This document shows, piece after piece, positions 23,745 through 37,400 of a DNA stretch of 64,000 bases. The notes under the pieces were generated by a model. The model worked only from the letters and a program-made list of their open reading frames with translations, was not told the origin of the DNA and ran no database searches. Where the stretch lies: assembly GCF_963921235.1 (NCBI RefSeq), contig NC_086102.1, positions 27,218,001-27,282,000 of the forward strand, in the 5' to 3' direction. The position numbers were made by a program, and so were the translations under genes. Numbering within the stretch: position 1 is the stretch's first letter; every line of letters starts with the position of its first letter. This DNA is from Mobula hypostoma. Lineage: Eukaryota.

Positions 23745-26700
23745 AGGTAATATATATGGACTTTAATAATAAATTTACTTTGAACTTTGCATCACATCTT
23801 TACTGTTTGATATGGTAATCACTTTTACCTTTTGATTATGAAGACATTATGACATTATGGAGACATTTTTAGTGAGGAGAAAGAAAAATCAGTTGCTTGA
23901 CATCATGGAGATCTACAGGAACAAGCATGGAATGGAAAGTGACATTTTGACAGCTGCAGAGCATTGAAGAGTTACTACCTCTTTACCATGAATGTCTTGG
24001 TGGCAGTTCTACTACACGTGCCTTACAGGTGGTAGCGAGAGGACAGTGACTTATGGCAACCAAGACATCAGAGAAAAATAGACGTGGAGGAGACGAAATG
24101 TAATCTCTAGAGACCAGATCCCAAGGGTCAATGCTGCTATCTCCAGCCCTATGGGAGCAAAGCCACCAGAAGTCAAGGTTGTCCAAGTCATAGCTGGCAG
24201 AGATCAATGGAGCTCTAGTCAACTATTCTATTTTCAGCAGGGGCAAATTCCCAATCCACTCTCTAAACTTCCCATTCCTTGTCTCGCTATCATGTAGGAG
24301 CACGTTTGCAACATAACACAGACCTTGACAATAGTCAAGGGCACAGAATGAAGTTTTGCACCAGCCCCAACGAGAAAGAGCAACGATAGGAATTCAGTGA
24401 CCACCCTTGCACCTCAGCTACAAAATTTTGCTCCCGCCAGAAGGAAAATTCAAATTAAAACAGTGGACTGTCTGAGTGTTGCTCAAGAAAAAAAACACTG
24501 CACAATCTCATTGAAGAAGATCAACATGTACTTCCTATCTACTGCATGAGACTACCTGGTGTGTCAGTGCAGTCCATCATTTATCCCATATTTGCAATTA
24601 GGCCTCAAGTGTACTAGAAAGTCAAAGCCTTTTGATAACCAACTACCTTTGGAAGGAAAGGCCTCCGTTAGGAGCAACTGTCAACTGAATGCCTGAGATA
24701 CAAGATGGTCTCAAGTCCTGCACTGAATACCTCTGATATATCTATCCTATACTAATGTTAACATGCCTACAGCAATCGCACATTGATTAAGTCATAATCT
24801 CAAATCCCTGTTAAGCACAACCTGTGAAGGAAAGAGATATTCCAATGGGCGATTTTCTGTATTATGACCACATTGTAGCCACCTCCTTGAACCCACGATA
24901 ATAGTTTATTAAAATCACAAGTCAGAATGTCATTACCAATCTGTATAAATCAGCAGGTACAATGGTGTGCTGGTTAGGTTGCTAAACTAGTAGCCAAGAG
25001 ATTTTAGTGATCGATACCTGGATAGTTGTTTGAGTCTCGCTATGGAACATGGGGTATTTAAATTCAAATCATGAAATAAATCTGGAACTAAAGCTCATCC
25101 AGCAATAGTAAACAGGATTGTCATGATTTAAAAAAAGTCCCATGTGATTCACTAACATCCTTCAGAGAATTAAATCTCTCATCCTCACTCACCCAGCCTA
25201 AACGTAGCGGAAGATCGTCCAAATGTAGTCCAAATTTAACTCATACTTAGCTCAGAGGCATTAGAGATGGAGTTTAAAAGCCAGCAACATGCTTTCCACG
25301 AATGCATATATAAAAGGAAAATTTAAAGGCAAGACCAGCTTAAGCATTTATAGTATATATAGTTTCAGTGAATCTTTACTGAATACTTTGCAAGTTAGTG
25401 TGTTTGGCCTACTTAGTCTGAGCTGGGCAGATAACACAGCCACAGTGTTTGCCTGTAGGCAGGTAAGGGTGTAGATTGGGGGGGGGGGTATCAGCTCGAT
25501 TTCTCTGTGTTTCCCACTTCATACCTACTGGTTATAAGTGCAAAGTTACTGTCAAGAGTGCCAGAAGCCTATTCTTTTTCCGCACTGCCAGCCCTCGCTC
25601 AGACCTGTACACTCGATGGACCTGTAACATTACGTGATTGCCATCACTGATGAAACCAGTACCAAATTTTCAGTCTATACCTGGCTAGCCTTCAACTAAC
25701 AATGAAGCTTCACCTTCAAACCAGGTCAAGATCTGAAAATTGACCAGAGTTTTCAGAATTTTTAGCCAACAGTAAGTACCATTACTATATTCCTTAAATG
25801 ATCCCTTCAATCCCACTCCAAAACTCTCATCTGTGGATGAGTTTTATTTCCCACATTTACCTTCTGAATTACTCATTTTAATTCTTGCAATCTGTCATGC
25901 TAAGATTATCTAGAGAAATACATTATTTGTAAATTTTAAAGTATAAAATATTAATTACTTGCATTTACGTAACAACTTGTATAGCAAAATATTCAAAATC
26001 ACTTTACTGGAACATTAGTAAAAATACAATGTGATATTGGACAAATGTTTAATTAGGAAGATAATTTTAATGGGCAAAAACAGTTTACATAGTGACTTTC
26101 ACAACTTAGGGCCTAGGTAGTTAGACTCAGCCACCAGTGTAGGAATGAGGGAAATCGGAGAAGCATTGGAACTGAAAACTGGAGGAATGGAATGGGGCTA
26201 GATGTATTTAGAGAGCTAGAAATGGGAGGTCAAAGAAGGGCACACTCATATGAAACTTATATTAATATATTTTGGGAGCATATGTAAAATGTGATTTTAT
26301 GCATTTATCATAAATAAAGATGCCAGAATATTTGATTTCACTCAGGGTAAAGTTGCTTTGTCTATCCTAGTGAGAATGAGAACCACTGTGGAATTTTTGG
26401 GTAACATATGTTGAATACATTTTGAGAATATCAGCATAAATTTTTTTTATGGAAACCGTAGTTGTGCATTTTTGCAAATTGAATTTTATTTCAAAAAAAA
26501 CAATAGATCTTTATAATACCATTTTTTTTTAAAAGTTACGAGATAAACTCTACCCCTGGTCTTGCTCACAGCAAGACAATAGGTAGCCTTGGTTTAAATA
26601 AAAACAGAAAAGGCTGGAAACACACAACAGGCCAGGTAGTAACTGTGGAAAGAGTTAACACTCAAAGTGCCTGATTCTTCCTTCTTTTAGAAGCATTAAG

Positions 26701-27304
26701 AACTCCGTTTCTCCATTTACAAATACTGCTGACCCGTCCAGTTTTTCCCAGCATTTTCTTGTTTTGGTTCAGAAGTTCAGCATCTGCATTTTTCCCCATT
26801 TTCAATCACTAGTCACCCGAGTGAAATAAAATATCGATTCCTTTTCAAAGACAACCTGGGGGGGGGGCTCTTTTTTTCCCGTCTGAGGTGAATTTCATAT
26901 CTTAATTGCCGAATTTTGTTTTACGACCACTTTGAACATTTTTACTCGCATCATAGTGAGCAGAAACGCCAAACAAAAAATAAGCAGAATCAAATTTCAC
27001 ATTCCATATCACTAAAGTTGAAAACGTTTTAAGTCATCACAATCTCCTTGATAATTCTCATTTCTGGTAACAATTACTGAATCCACGCTGCAACATTCCC
27101 ATTGCTTTCACTACTAGAAAATAATCCAGACGAGGCCACTGTTATATTACTATTTGAAAAAAAAGTCAGGTGATAACTATTAACTAAATGCAGCACATGG
27201 TAGTTCTCTCACACACTATACTATCGCTTACAATTCAAATCGATGAACGATGAGGGAAAAAATGCATTAAAACAATTTAAAGTAATAGAAGTCTGTAACC
27301 TCAC

Positions 27305-27455
27305 CTACAGATCTCTGAAACCCAGCCACAAACACGTGCTGCAGCAGGAACCCGGACGAATAAAGGCACCTCTTCACGTTCAAATGGCGCTGCAGGGCTT
27401 TGCTGGAGAGGGCGGCCAAGTTACCCAAAGTGTCTGACGCTGCAGCCAATCACAA
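27305..27455 (-). promoter_or_regulatory. GART: Candidate GART promoter and non-coding exon 1
   Basis: Local GC/CpG island in AT-rich surroundings. Minus-strand donor TAG|GTGAGG at 27304, YY1-like AAATGGCG at 27382-27389, CCAAT box (AGCCAATC) at 27446-27450. Confidence 0.6.
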
Positions 27456-27928
27456 ATACTTGAATCTAAAAGTCTGCACAGTACTGTTCTGTGTAGGCAG
27501 CAGTAACTCGACTGAGTGGTAGGAGATCTTGGGGTTAAGTGAAATAACTAAAAGGGGGCAGAGTTTTCAGCCATTGATATTTAAAATATAAATTTGACTT
27601 TTTTTGATAAACAAGTTGTGAATGGAAGTAGTTGCTATTTTTATTTGTTTAGCGAACAAAGGACGGAGCTCAGGCCCAGCTAGAATCACCGATTTGTTCT
27701 GGATATATTAAAGGGCCTTGTTGATCCTAAAATCAGGGCCTTGAGTTTCGGGTCTCCATTTCGCCTTTCCGTTCTCTGTTCAAGCTCTCACCACTCCTAA
27801 TAACAGGTTGTTCATCGCCAAACTTAACGGATTCACTATTGGTGACTTAAATTGCCAAGGTTTTAGCATTCCCTCCCTAAATATCTCTCCTGACGAAGGG
27901 TTTCGGCCCGAAAGGTCGACCGATTACG

Positions 27929-27963
27929 GTGTGTGTGTGTGTGTGTGTGTATTATATATATAC
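27929..27963. repeat. (GT)n(AT)n microsatellite
   Basis: Directly visible dinucleotide run. Confidence 0.8.
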
Positions 27964-28755
27964 ACATCTCTCTCCCCTCTCTCCTCTTTATTAACACACA
28001 CGAAATGCTTGAGGAACTCATCAAGTCACTTCATCAGAAACTGATGTAAACACAAAATACTCTGCAGATGCTGGGAGGTGTCCTGACGAAGGATGCTGCC
28101 TGACCTGCTGAGTTCCTCCAGCATGTTGTGAGTGTTGATCAGAACCTGATGAATGGCCAGGGGCCGAAACATCAACTTTTTATGTCTGAGTTCCCACAGA
28201 AATGTGTGTCTCTCTTCCTCTACTTTCATAATGTTGCTTAAACTCTTTGGTCATTTCCCCATTATTGATGTTAATTCTGCTATGAATGTGTAAGGTATGT
28301 TTGAAGTTGTTGAAATGTTATTGTTGGATCATAATTAAAGACCCCACTGACCCCAGGCTTTCTCTCCTTTTCTTCTCCCATCAAGCAGAAGATACAACAG
28401 ACTGAAAGCTAATAGCACAAGGTTTAAGGACATTCTAACCCACTCTTTCAGAGTCTTGCACGGACCTCTTCTATGATAAAATGGACCCTTGTCCTTACAA
28501 TCGATCTTGTTAATATCTTCCACTTTATTGTTAAGCTTCACTGAAGCTTTTACACTTTACTCTGCATTGTTATTGTTTTACCTTATTCTACTTCAATACA
28601 CCTTGTGATTATTTGATCTGTATAAGGAGTATGCAAGACAGGTTTTTCACTGTATTTGGTACATATGACAATAATAAACCAATGCCACCGACCATTACCA
28701 ACAAAAGAAAGTCTAACCACGATCAACACTCACAAAATGCTGGAGGAACTCAAAA

Positions 28756-30008
28756 GTTCAAGTAAAATGTATTATCAGATTACGTGCATGTCGCTGCGTA
28801 CAAGCCTGAGATCCTTTTTTTTCTTCTGCGGACATACTTAGCAAATCTATAGAACAATAACTAAACAGGATCAATAAACAACAATCTGTGTAAATGCAAA
28901 TATAAATAAATAACGAGAGCATGAAGCAACAAGATAAAGAGTCCTTGAAGTGATCCCAACGCTTGTGGGAACACCAGAGATAGAATGAGTGTAATTTTCC
29001 CTTTTTGTTGAAGAGCCTGATGGTTGAGGGGTAGTCACTCTTCTTGAACCTGGTAGTGCAAGTCCTGGGGCACCTGTACCTTCTACCTGATGGCAGCAAT
29101 GAGAAAAGAGCATGGGCTGAGTAGTGAGAATCCTTGATGGATGCTGCTTTTCTATGGCAATGTTTCATGTCAGTGTGCTCAGTGGTTGGGAGGGCTTTAC
29201 CGATGTACTGGGCTGAAACCACTACTTTTTGTGGGATTTTCCTCTTAATAGCATTGCTGTTCCCATACCAGGCTGTAATGCAGCCAGTCAGTACATTTTC
29301 CACCACGTGCCTATAGAAGTTTGCCAAGGTTTTTGATGACATGCAGAATCTCCGCAGGCTCCTGAAGAAATAAAGGTGCTGTCATGCTTTCTTTGCAAGT
29401 ACATTTATATGATGGGTCCAGGATAGGTCCTCTGAGATAGTGACACCTAGGAATTTGAAGTTACTGACCATCTCCACCTCTGATCCTCCAATGACTACTG
29501 GCTCCTGAACCTCTGGTTTCCCTCTCCTGAAGTCTGCATCAGTTCCTTAGTCTTATTGACATTGAGTGAAAGGTTGTTGTTATTACACCATTCAGCCAGG
29601 TTTTCAATCTCCCTCCTGTATGCTGATTCATCACCACCTTTGTTGTGGCCCACAACAGTGGTGTCATCAGCAAATTTGTATATAGTGTTGGAGCTGTATT
29701 TAGCCACGCAGTCATGGGTGTAAAGCGAGTAGAGCAGGGGGCTAAGCACACACCCTGTGGTGGTCCTGTACTGATGGAGATTGTGGAGGAGATGGTTTTG
29801 CCAATCAGAACAGACTGGGGTCTGCAAGTGAGGAACTCCAGGATCCAATTGAGGCCCAGGTCTTGGAGTTTGCTGATTAGTTTTGTGGGGATGATGGTAT
29901 TAAATGCTGAACTGTAATCAATAAAGAACATCCTGTTGTTTGCTGTCCAGATGTTCCAGGGTTGTGTGAAGAGCCAATGAGATGGCATCTGCGGTGGACC
30001 TGTTGCTG
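28756..30008 (-). mobile_element. Rex1/Babar-type LINE RT/3' fragment
   Basis: [24 protein letters not shown] and KFADDT RT motifs, followed by the family C-terminus. Confidence 0.85.
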
Positions 30009-31929
30009 TGAACTCAGCAGGTCAGACAGCATCTATGGAAATGAATAAACAGTCGACATTACAGGCCGATCTGCTTCTTCAAGACTGTAAAGGAAGGGAG
30101 AAGATGCCAGAATAAAAAAAAGGTGGGGGAGAGGAAATGGGGCTAGCTGGAAGGTGAAATGTTACTATTTCCAATCCTATGCCTTCAACCAGAATAAGGA
30201 TTGTTGGCTGGTACTCTATGGTGGCAATGCCATAAATTCAGTTGGACCAGCTGCATAAATACTGGTTAAAAGTGTAAGTCAGGTTCTGGTTACCATGTGG
30301 TGACTGCCTCTCCCCTTCACAAAGCCTATTGGTTATCGGTTATCCAGTCATCATTAGGACACAGGCCAGAAATACAATGGAATGCAATTGCTTCTTTGAA
30401 TATTGTTCCATCTTCACTCAAATTTGATGCCATCCAGCACAAAGCAATCTACTTAATTTGCACCCCATTCACTGTCCTAAACTCCATGGCCAGCCACTGG
30501 GTGAAATGGTGTAGTATTGATAAAGATCACCACAGCTACTTGTCCAGGCTATTCTGGCAGCATCTTCTAAACCATCATCTCTGCAAGCGAGAAGGTCAAG
30601 AGCTTTAACAAATCTCCTGTTGTTCCTCACAAACAAGAGAAAATCTGCAGATGCTGGAAATCCACAGAGAATGCTGGAGGAACTCAGCAGGTCAGGTAGC
30701 ATCTATAGAAAAGAGTGCAGTTGATGTTTCGGGCCGACACCCTTCATCAGGACTGCCCTTTACAGATGCTGCCTGTCCTGCTGAGTTCCTCCAGCACTTT
30801 GTGTGTGTTGTTTGTGTCCTGTTGTTCCACGCTAAGTTACACACCATCCTGCCGTGGAAATGTATCATTGTGGAGTAGCACACAAGATGCTGGAGCCACT
30901 CGTTATTCCTTCACTGTCCATAAGACATAGGAACAGAATTCTGCCATTCAGCCCATCGTGTCAGCTCTGCAATTCCATTATGGCTGATCCTGGATCCCAC
31001 TCAACCCCATACACCTGCCTTCTCGCCATATCCTTTGATGCCCTGACCAATCAGGAAATGACCACCCTCCGCCTCAAATATATGCATGGACTAGGCCTCC
31101 GCTGCAGTCTGTGGCAGTATTCTGCAGATTTACTACTCTCTGCCTAAAAAAAAACCTCCTTACCTCTGTTCTAAAGGGCCGCCCCTCAATTTTGAGGCTG
31201 TGCCCTCTAGTTCTGGATAGGAAATATCCTTTCCAAATCCACCCTACCTTGTCATTAGGACTAAGTTCTGGAACTCTCAAACCCAAAACCATTTTGGGAG
31301 TACCATGACCAAAAGTACTGTAATAAACATCTGCCTTGCCATTGAAATCCAATAGCCTCACTCCAGAAATAAACTCAAAACTTTTGGGGAAAGGAGGCAG
31401 CGTGATACGAATTAGACAGCTCTTTCTAAAAGTTAGCATAAGCATGGTGAATCAAATAAGCATCCACGCCCCGTGCTACATGATTGTCATATTTGATTTT
31501 AAGGGCACTTGTTACATATTCTCTTACATTTGGAAGTTCTCTACGGCCCGACGTTCAAGTCCGATCTCTCTCCTACTAAGTGTCAAATCTTTTCAAACCA
31601 GATTGCACTGCAGTACATTGGAAATCATCGTTTTGGTATTGAGTCTCGCCTCTTTCAGGGGAAAAATATTTTGGTACTATTTTAAGTGTTTTATGGTGCA
31701 AATTGCAAATCTATTTGTTTTTTCTGTGGCAAATTTTATTCAAGATTTTGTATTGTTACTCGTCAATGCACCTGTAAAGGAGAACGAAATGATTGTCACT
31801 CCGTATTAGTGTACATATAATAATTCTTTTCGTCCAATACTAAGCGAGAATTTGCGGCCTAACGTTTGACAAAAGGATTTTAAAATTAAATGCTGTAATT
31901 CCATTCTGGAATGCTGCAAAGTTTGAAAA

Positions 31930-32095
31930 TTTGTCGGGCGCACCGCACTGCCATCCACAGGAGTGCGCTATGCCGTGAAGTTTTGAGAAATGTTTGTTGG
32001 AACTACAGCTCCCAGGAGCCAATTTAAACACAAACCCATTGCTTCCGTCTCTGATGACCTCTCGGCCTGTGGTTTCCGGTCGCAGTTTCCTTCTG
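31930..32095 (+). promoter_or_regulatory. DNAJC28: DNAJC28 promoter
   Basis: ZNF143/Staf-type ACTACAGCTCCCAG at 32002-32015, adjacent CCAAT, ETS-like CTTCCG and TTCCGG, local CpG enrichment. Possible short 5' UTR intron 32096-32201 (low confidence). Confidence 0.65.
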
Positions 32096-32321
32096 GTAAT
32101 ATCATGTCCCGAATACTTTAATTTTGGTGATGAGGGCAGAAGGAATCCAACAGCTTAAAAAAAATGCACGTAAAGGCAAGTTGATTCACCCCCTTTGCCA
32201 GATGTAACGCTGTTGCTCAGAAAATGGGATTTTTTTAATACCAAAGGTTTTATTAAAACGTGCATCAAGTGATTCTGTCAGTGATTGTGTTTCCCATCGA
32301 AGGCGTCACTCCAGGGAGAAC

Positions 32322-33407
32322 ATGTTAACAGCAAAGGCAAACTGGGTGATGACTTGCCTTCGCGGTGCTCGGATGCTCTCGGGTCACCGAACTGTGAGCA
32401 AACACCTCCAAGATTGTTACAGATTGCTTAATGTACAGGAAAACTGCAACCACGATGAAGCGAAGGAAGCCTATGTCAAACTTGCCAAATTATATCATCC
32501 AGATAGTGGCTCTGACGGCGCTGATCCTCAAAAGTTCATGCAAGTCGAAGAAGCCTACAAAGCTATTGTCAAGCATTTAGCAGAGAAAGGAAAGGCAGGG
32601 CCTGATCAAAGAATGGATGAAGAAGAAGAACAATCCAAGTACCTGGCACCTCAGCACAGACAGTATCTGAGCTTTGAAGGCATTGGTACTGGTACACCTA
32701 GTCAAAGAGAGAAGCAGTATAGGAAGTTCAGAGTCAGTCGTGCAAGTGATCAAGTGTTGGATTACAGAAAACAGAAACTACAAGCTCAGGATCTGGAAAA
32801 TACTATGATGGTGATGGATATCCAGCATGGCAAGAAAACAAAAATAACCCAAGCAGTGGAACGGTTGGTGGAAGATCTCATCCAGGAGTCAATGGCCAAA
32901 GGTGACTTTGATAATCTTAGCGGTAAAGGGAAACCACTGCAGAAGTTTGCACAATATCCATACATCGATCCCATGACACACAATCTGAACAGGATCCTCA
33001 TAGAAAATGGGTATCAACCAGAGTGGATTGCTTTGCGTAAAGAAATAAAGCAAACTATAGAGAAACTCAGAAGTGACATGATGAGTTACAGGAAAAAGCT
33101 TGGTGAGCCCCTGACTGTCCATACTCAGAAACATTGGAACCTAATCTGTGAGCAATTCAGAAATGATATTAAGCAACTTAATAAAACGATAGATAGATTC
33201 AATTTGATTGTACCTCTACTGAACAGACAGATGCTGCACTTTAACCCAGATAAGGAGATTGCTGTCATATTGAAAAACTATGATATGTTAACGGAGGCAA
33301 ACAAAGCCACGTCAGAGATTATTGGAAAATCAACTGAAGAAAATAGTACAAAAAACACCTTACTGAATTGGATCAAACATTTGCTGAAATATGATCAGAG
33401 GAAGTAG
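32322..33407 (+). CDS. DNAJC28: DnaJ homolog subfamily C member 28, single coding exon, 361 aa
   Basis: J-domain with HPD (LAKLYHPDSG), PQHRQYLSFEGIGTGTPSQRE, and DUF1992-type VEDLIQESMAKGDFDNLSGKGKPL...NRILIENGYQPEWI. GART is a known neighbour in vertebrates. Confidence 0.96.
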   Translation: MLTAKANWVMTCLRGARMLSGHRTVSKHLQDCYRLLNVQENCNHDEAKEAYVKLAKLYHPDSGSDGADPQKFMQVEEAYKAIVKHLAEKGKAGPDQRMDEEEEQSKYLAPQHRQYLSFEGIGTGTPSQREKQYRKFRVSRASDQVLDYRKQKLQAQDLENTMMVMDIQHGKKTKITQAVERLVEDLIQESMAKGDFDNLSGKGKPLQKFAQYPYIDPMTHNLNRILIENGYQPEWIALRKEIKQTIEKLRSDMMSYRKKLGEPLTVHTQKHWNLICEQFRNDIKQLNKTIDRFNLIVPLLNRQMLHFNPDKEIAVILKNYDMLTEANKATSEIIGKSTEENSTKNTLLNWIKHLLKYDQRK

Positions 33408-34129
33408 TGAAAGCCGGTAACTTTAATGATCAGAATGTTAATTTATTCATGTAATTATTTTTTTAAAATTGCAGCATAGGAGCACATTACTTGGAGAAGG
33501 CCATTCACTCAGATTATGGTATATTTTTAGTTTAATGCCACTTTATTCACAGTTTCTCCATGTCACATGATGCCTTTACCTGTCTAAAATCTGTCAGTTT
33601 TAATCCTGATACTTCAAATTATCCTTTTGAGCAGAAAGAGGAACACAGAAAGGTCAGCACAATATTGTGGGCCAAAGGGCCTGTACTGTGATGCTAAATC
33701 TGAAATTTTACTTAGAAATGTGTTTCAGCATTTCCTTTCTTTATCATATTTATCTCATTCTATGTCTTTCTTCCATCTGCCAAGCCAAGGAATATTTACT
33801 GTATTCAGGAAGTAAGTTCACATCAATAAATTCTCTTTGCTGTGGTATTTAAACTGCAATAATTCCATCCTGAAGAATACTGCATGTAAGGAAAAAAAAT
33901 GTTGGTGAATTTAATAAAGAGCTATTTGCTTATTGTAATGATCATCAAATCTACTGATTTTTTAAAAAATAAAGGCTTAATAAAGCCTTAATTTTTGTGG
34001 CATAAAGTACATTAAACCACAAAAAATTGAAATGGTTAGAATTCATTATGCTGTACAAATACTACTATGTAGGAACAGTTTTTTCTGGAACTTGTTCACT
34101 TCTGAAATTGTTTTTTGTAATTCTCAACA

Positions 34130-34135
34130 AATAAA
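34130..34135 (+). terminator. Candidate DNAJC28 polyadenylation signal (alternatives at 33825 and 33913)
   Basis: AATAAA followed by a GT/T-rich downstream element (tgtatgttttttttgttg). Confidence 0.45.
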
Positions 34136-35099
34136 GTCTGTATGTTTTTTTTTGTTGATGTATTTAATCAAAATTATGTACCTCTACTGTAGTTTTCTTG
34201 ATTGGTAGAGTGCTTCTGCATTTCTCGTTTGAAGTGGTTTATTAGATAGATAAATACTTTATTGATCCCAAAGGAAATTGCAGTGTCACAAAGCATTACA
34301 AGTGCACAGATATACAAATATTAGAAGAGAAGTAAGAAAGAATAAAAAATAAGAAATAATACTATCGTCACATATACTGTTACAGTATTTTGCATTCTGT
34401 TCATACAGATCAAATTATTACACTATCCATTAAGGTAGTACATGATAAACAATAACAATGCAGAATAATGTGTAACGGCTACAGATAAAATGCAGTGCAG
34501 GTAAATGATAAGGGTGCAAGTTCATTGCAAGGTAAATTGTGAGGTCAACATTCCATCTTATTGTACTAGATAGTTTGGAAGCTGTCCTTGAGTTTGGAGA
34601 TATGTGCCTTCAGGCTTTTGTATCTTCTCCCCAATAGAAGAGGAGAGAAGAGAGAATCTTCCTGGCAGATGTGGTTTTTCATTATGCTGACTACTTTACC
34701 CAGGCAGTGAGAGGTATACAGAGTCCATGGAAGGAAGGCTGTTTTCCATGATGTTATCTGTGATTGTTATCCTCAAATTAGCCTCAAATGTGGCCTCAGC
34801 TCTCTTGGATTCATCTCTTATCCCAACTTACCTTTAAACTTTGTGGACAGTTTTCTAGTTCCATGCACATCCTTGTCACACAATTGAAATTGAATTCTAC
34901 ATCATTACAAACTTCTTGATTTTGATCGGCAATGAAGTGGTGCTGGGAAGTCAAAGTAATTACTATTTTATTAACTTATTTTGCTTTACACTGATTATTT
35001 TGATAATTAGATGGCAATTTCACTGGTTTTAATTAGTTATACTTCCAGAGTGATAATCTGTGAGCAGGGCACATACTGTATGTTTCAGATCCAGCACAC

Positions 35100-36380
35100 T
35101 ATTGAGATGAAAGAGTCAAAACCAGAAGGGGAGGATTAATGTATGCTTGGAAAGGTGAGGATTAATTTAAGATAGACAACATGGCTGTGATAGGGGAGAT
35201 CCAATTTGATTGTATTATTGAAGAGATAATTTATTGATGAGGGCAATGCATATTACGTTATCTACATGGACTTCACTATGGTCTTTGACAAGATCCCACA
35301 GGGGGATTAGAGCAGGCAGACAGCTATGGTGGGATTCAAGACAATTTGTGACCAGTGGTTTTCTCACAGCCATGAATGCTGAGATCAGTTCTTTGTTTTA
35401 TACTGTATATATTAACAATATAGGAGATATTAGTAAGTTTCTAGAGGGCACGAAAATTTGTTGTGCTGACGGCAGGATAGTTGAAGGATACAGTATAATA
35501 TTGACAATGATTCTCTTTGTAAAATGGCCTGGGCAATGGCAGATGGAATTTTAATCCTGAAGTGTGAAGTAATGCACTTTGGGGAGACCAATATAATTTG
35601 GGCATACACAACGCCTAGGAAGTACTGAGGAACAGAGAAAATGGTGTATAAGACCAAGGATCACAGGTAGCGTTGCGAAGAAGACATGCAATTTACTTGC
35701 CTGCCTTATCCGGGTGACAGAACTTAAAAGCTGCCAATGGTACAACATTATAAAATGTTGGTTAAGCCACAGTTGGGGTATTGAATGTAATTGCAATTGT
35801 GAAGGTGCAGAGGAACTTCACCAGCAACTTGCTAGAATGCGGTGTTTTCATCGACTTTGACTCAAAACGTCAATTGCCACCATCCCTTACTTTTGGTGCA
35901 CGAATCATTCTCATAAATTGAATAGGTTAGGACTGTTTTCTGCAGAGCATAGGGTTTGAGAGGAGATTTGATAGAGGTATCCAAAGCACTTCAGGATGTA
36001 TACTGGATACGTTTCTCTGACATTAAATGTAGCTTTGAAACCTTTGAAAATTATGAGGGGTATGGGTAGGGTAAATGCAAGCAGGCATTTTCCACTGAGA
36101 TTGGGTGGGACTAAAACAGAGGTTAAAGGTGAAAGGTGAGAAGTTTAAGGGGAAACTTATTCACTCAGAGGATTGTGAGTGTGGAATGAGCAGCCAGCAC
36201 AAAGTAGTGCATGCTGGCTTAATTTCAACGTTTAAGAGAAGTTTGGATAGGTACATGGATGGATAGGAGGGATACGGAAGGCTATAGTCCTGGTGCAGGT
36301 CGATGGGAGTAGGCAGTTTAAATGTTTTCAGCATGGACTAGATGGGCTGAGGGTGTTGTTTCTGTGCCTTATTTCTCTAT
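35100..36380 (+). mobile_element. Heavily decayed CR1 fragments
   Basis: QWQMEFNP-KCEVMHFG remnant and a CR1-type 3' end. Confidence 0.65.
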
Positions 36381-37059
36381 GGCTCTCAGATACTACTCTA
36401 CCAGCTGACTTCCCCCGCAGATTGTTTGTTGCAGTACAAGGATTCGTTTGTTTTCCTTGGAGTGGAAGAGACTTTGGGATGGGGGATAGCCTGCTGAAGT
36501 ATACTATTAGACATGGAAGTGGGGATTAAGATACTCAGTCCATTGAATCTGCTCCACCATTTGATCATGGGTGATTTATTATACTTTATTTAGCCTTCTC
36601 CCTGGAACCTTTGACCTCCTTATTAATCAAGAGCCTATCAATCTCTACTTTAAATAGATCTAATGATCTGGCCTCCACAACCGTTTGTGGCAATGAATTC
36701 CACGGATTCAAAAGTAAGACACTTTTATCCCCATAGCAGAGATGACGAAACCCTGAAGATATACGCTGAGGATCAGAGGAAGAACTTTTTTTCAAATAGT
36801 CGAACATGGAAAGCACTTCCAGAATAGGTGGTGGAGGCAGAAACTCTCACGTTTGCTAAGTATCCGGGCAAGAACCTGGATCGCCGAGACGTAGAATGCT
36901 AATGACGAAATGGTGCATTTAGTATAGAAATGGGTACTAGAGGGTTAAAATGTTGGCCGAAAAGCTTGTTTTAGTTTTGTACGACTCAATTTTCCTCATA
37001 TCATATGTTCATCCCATTCTACCATTTGGCTACCTCTTTTTTTTTGCCTAAACCCACGG

Positions 37060-37400
37060 TCTACGCATTAAATTGCGGACATGTCCCAACCACTCTCCGA
37101 CTTGCACCGCAACGCCCTCCCGATGATTGACATATCAGAAGGCGATTCATGCTGCAGCCAGTGACAACTCCTGTTCCACTCCATTCCCGTTCATGTATAT
37201 CAATGAAACATGATAGTGGATTGGTGAGTCCAGTGAGGTATTCTATTTCTATTGGTAGAAGCGGACGCCTGTCACTCGTGCGGGTTGGGCTTGGCAGCGG
37301 CATGCGGAGGCTGAGCGTAAGGTGGACAGGGAGGTGTTGAAGAGGTTTGTGCGATATAGGCTTTGCCTCGAGGAGGCCGAGGTCAGGTTCGTATGGTTAT
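37060..37400 (+). promoter_or_regulatory. Orphan CpG-rich promoter and probable non-coding first exon of the next plus-strand gene
   Basis: Non-repetitive CpG cluster. Two inverted CCAAT boxes (ATTGG at 37220 and 37251), a GC-rich leader and several possible GT donors at 37345-37390. Confidence 0.55.

Noticed and set aside
27243-27449. Coding ORFs or SON exon 1 at the GART promoter
   Set aside because: No MATNIEQIFRSF-like sequence. The ATGGCG is better explained as a YY1-type motif.
31336-31809. 157-aa ORF upstream of DNAJC28
   Set aside because: Non-ATG start, AT-rich low-information composition and no recognisable domain.
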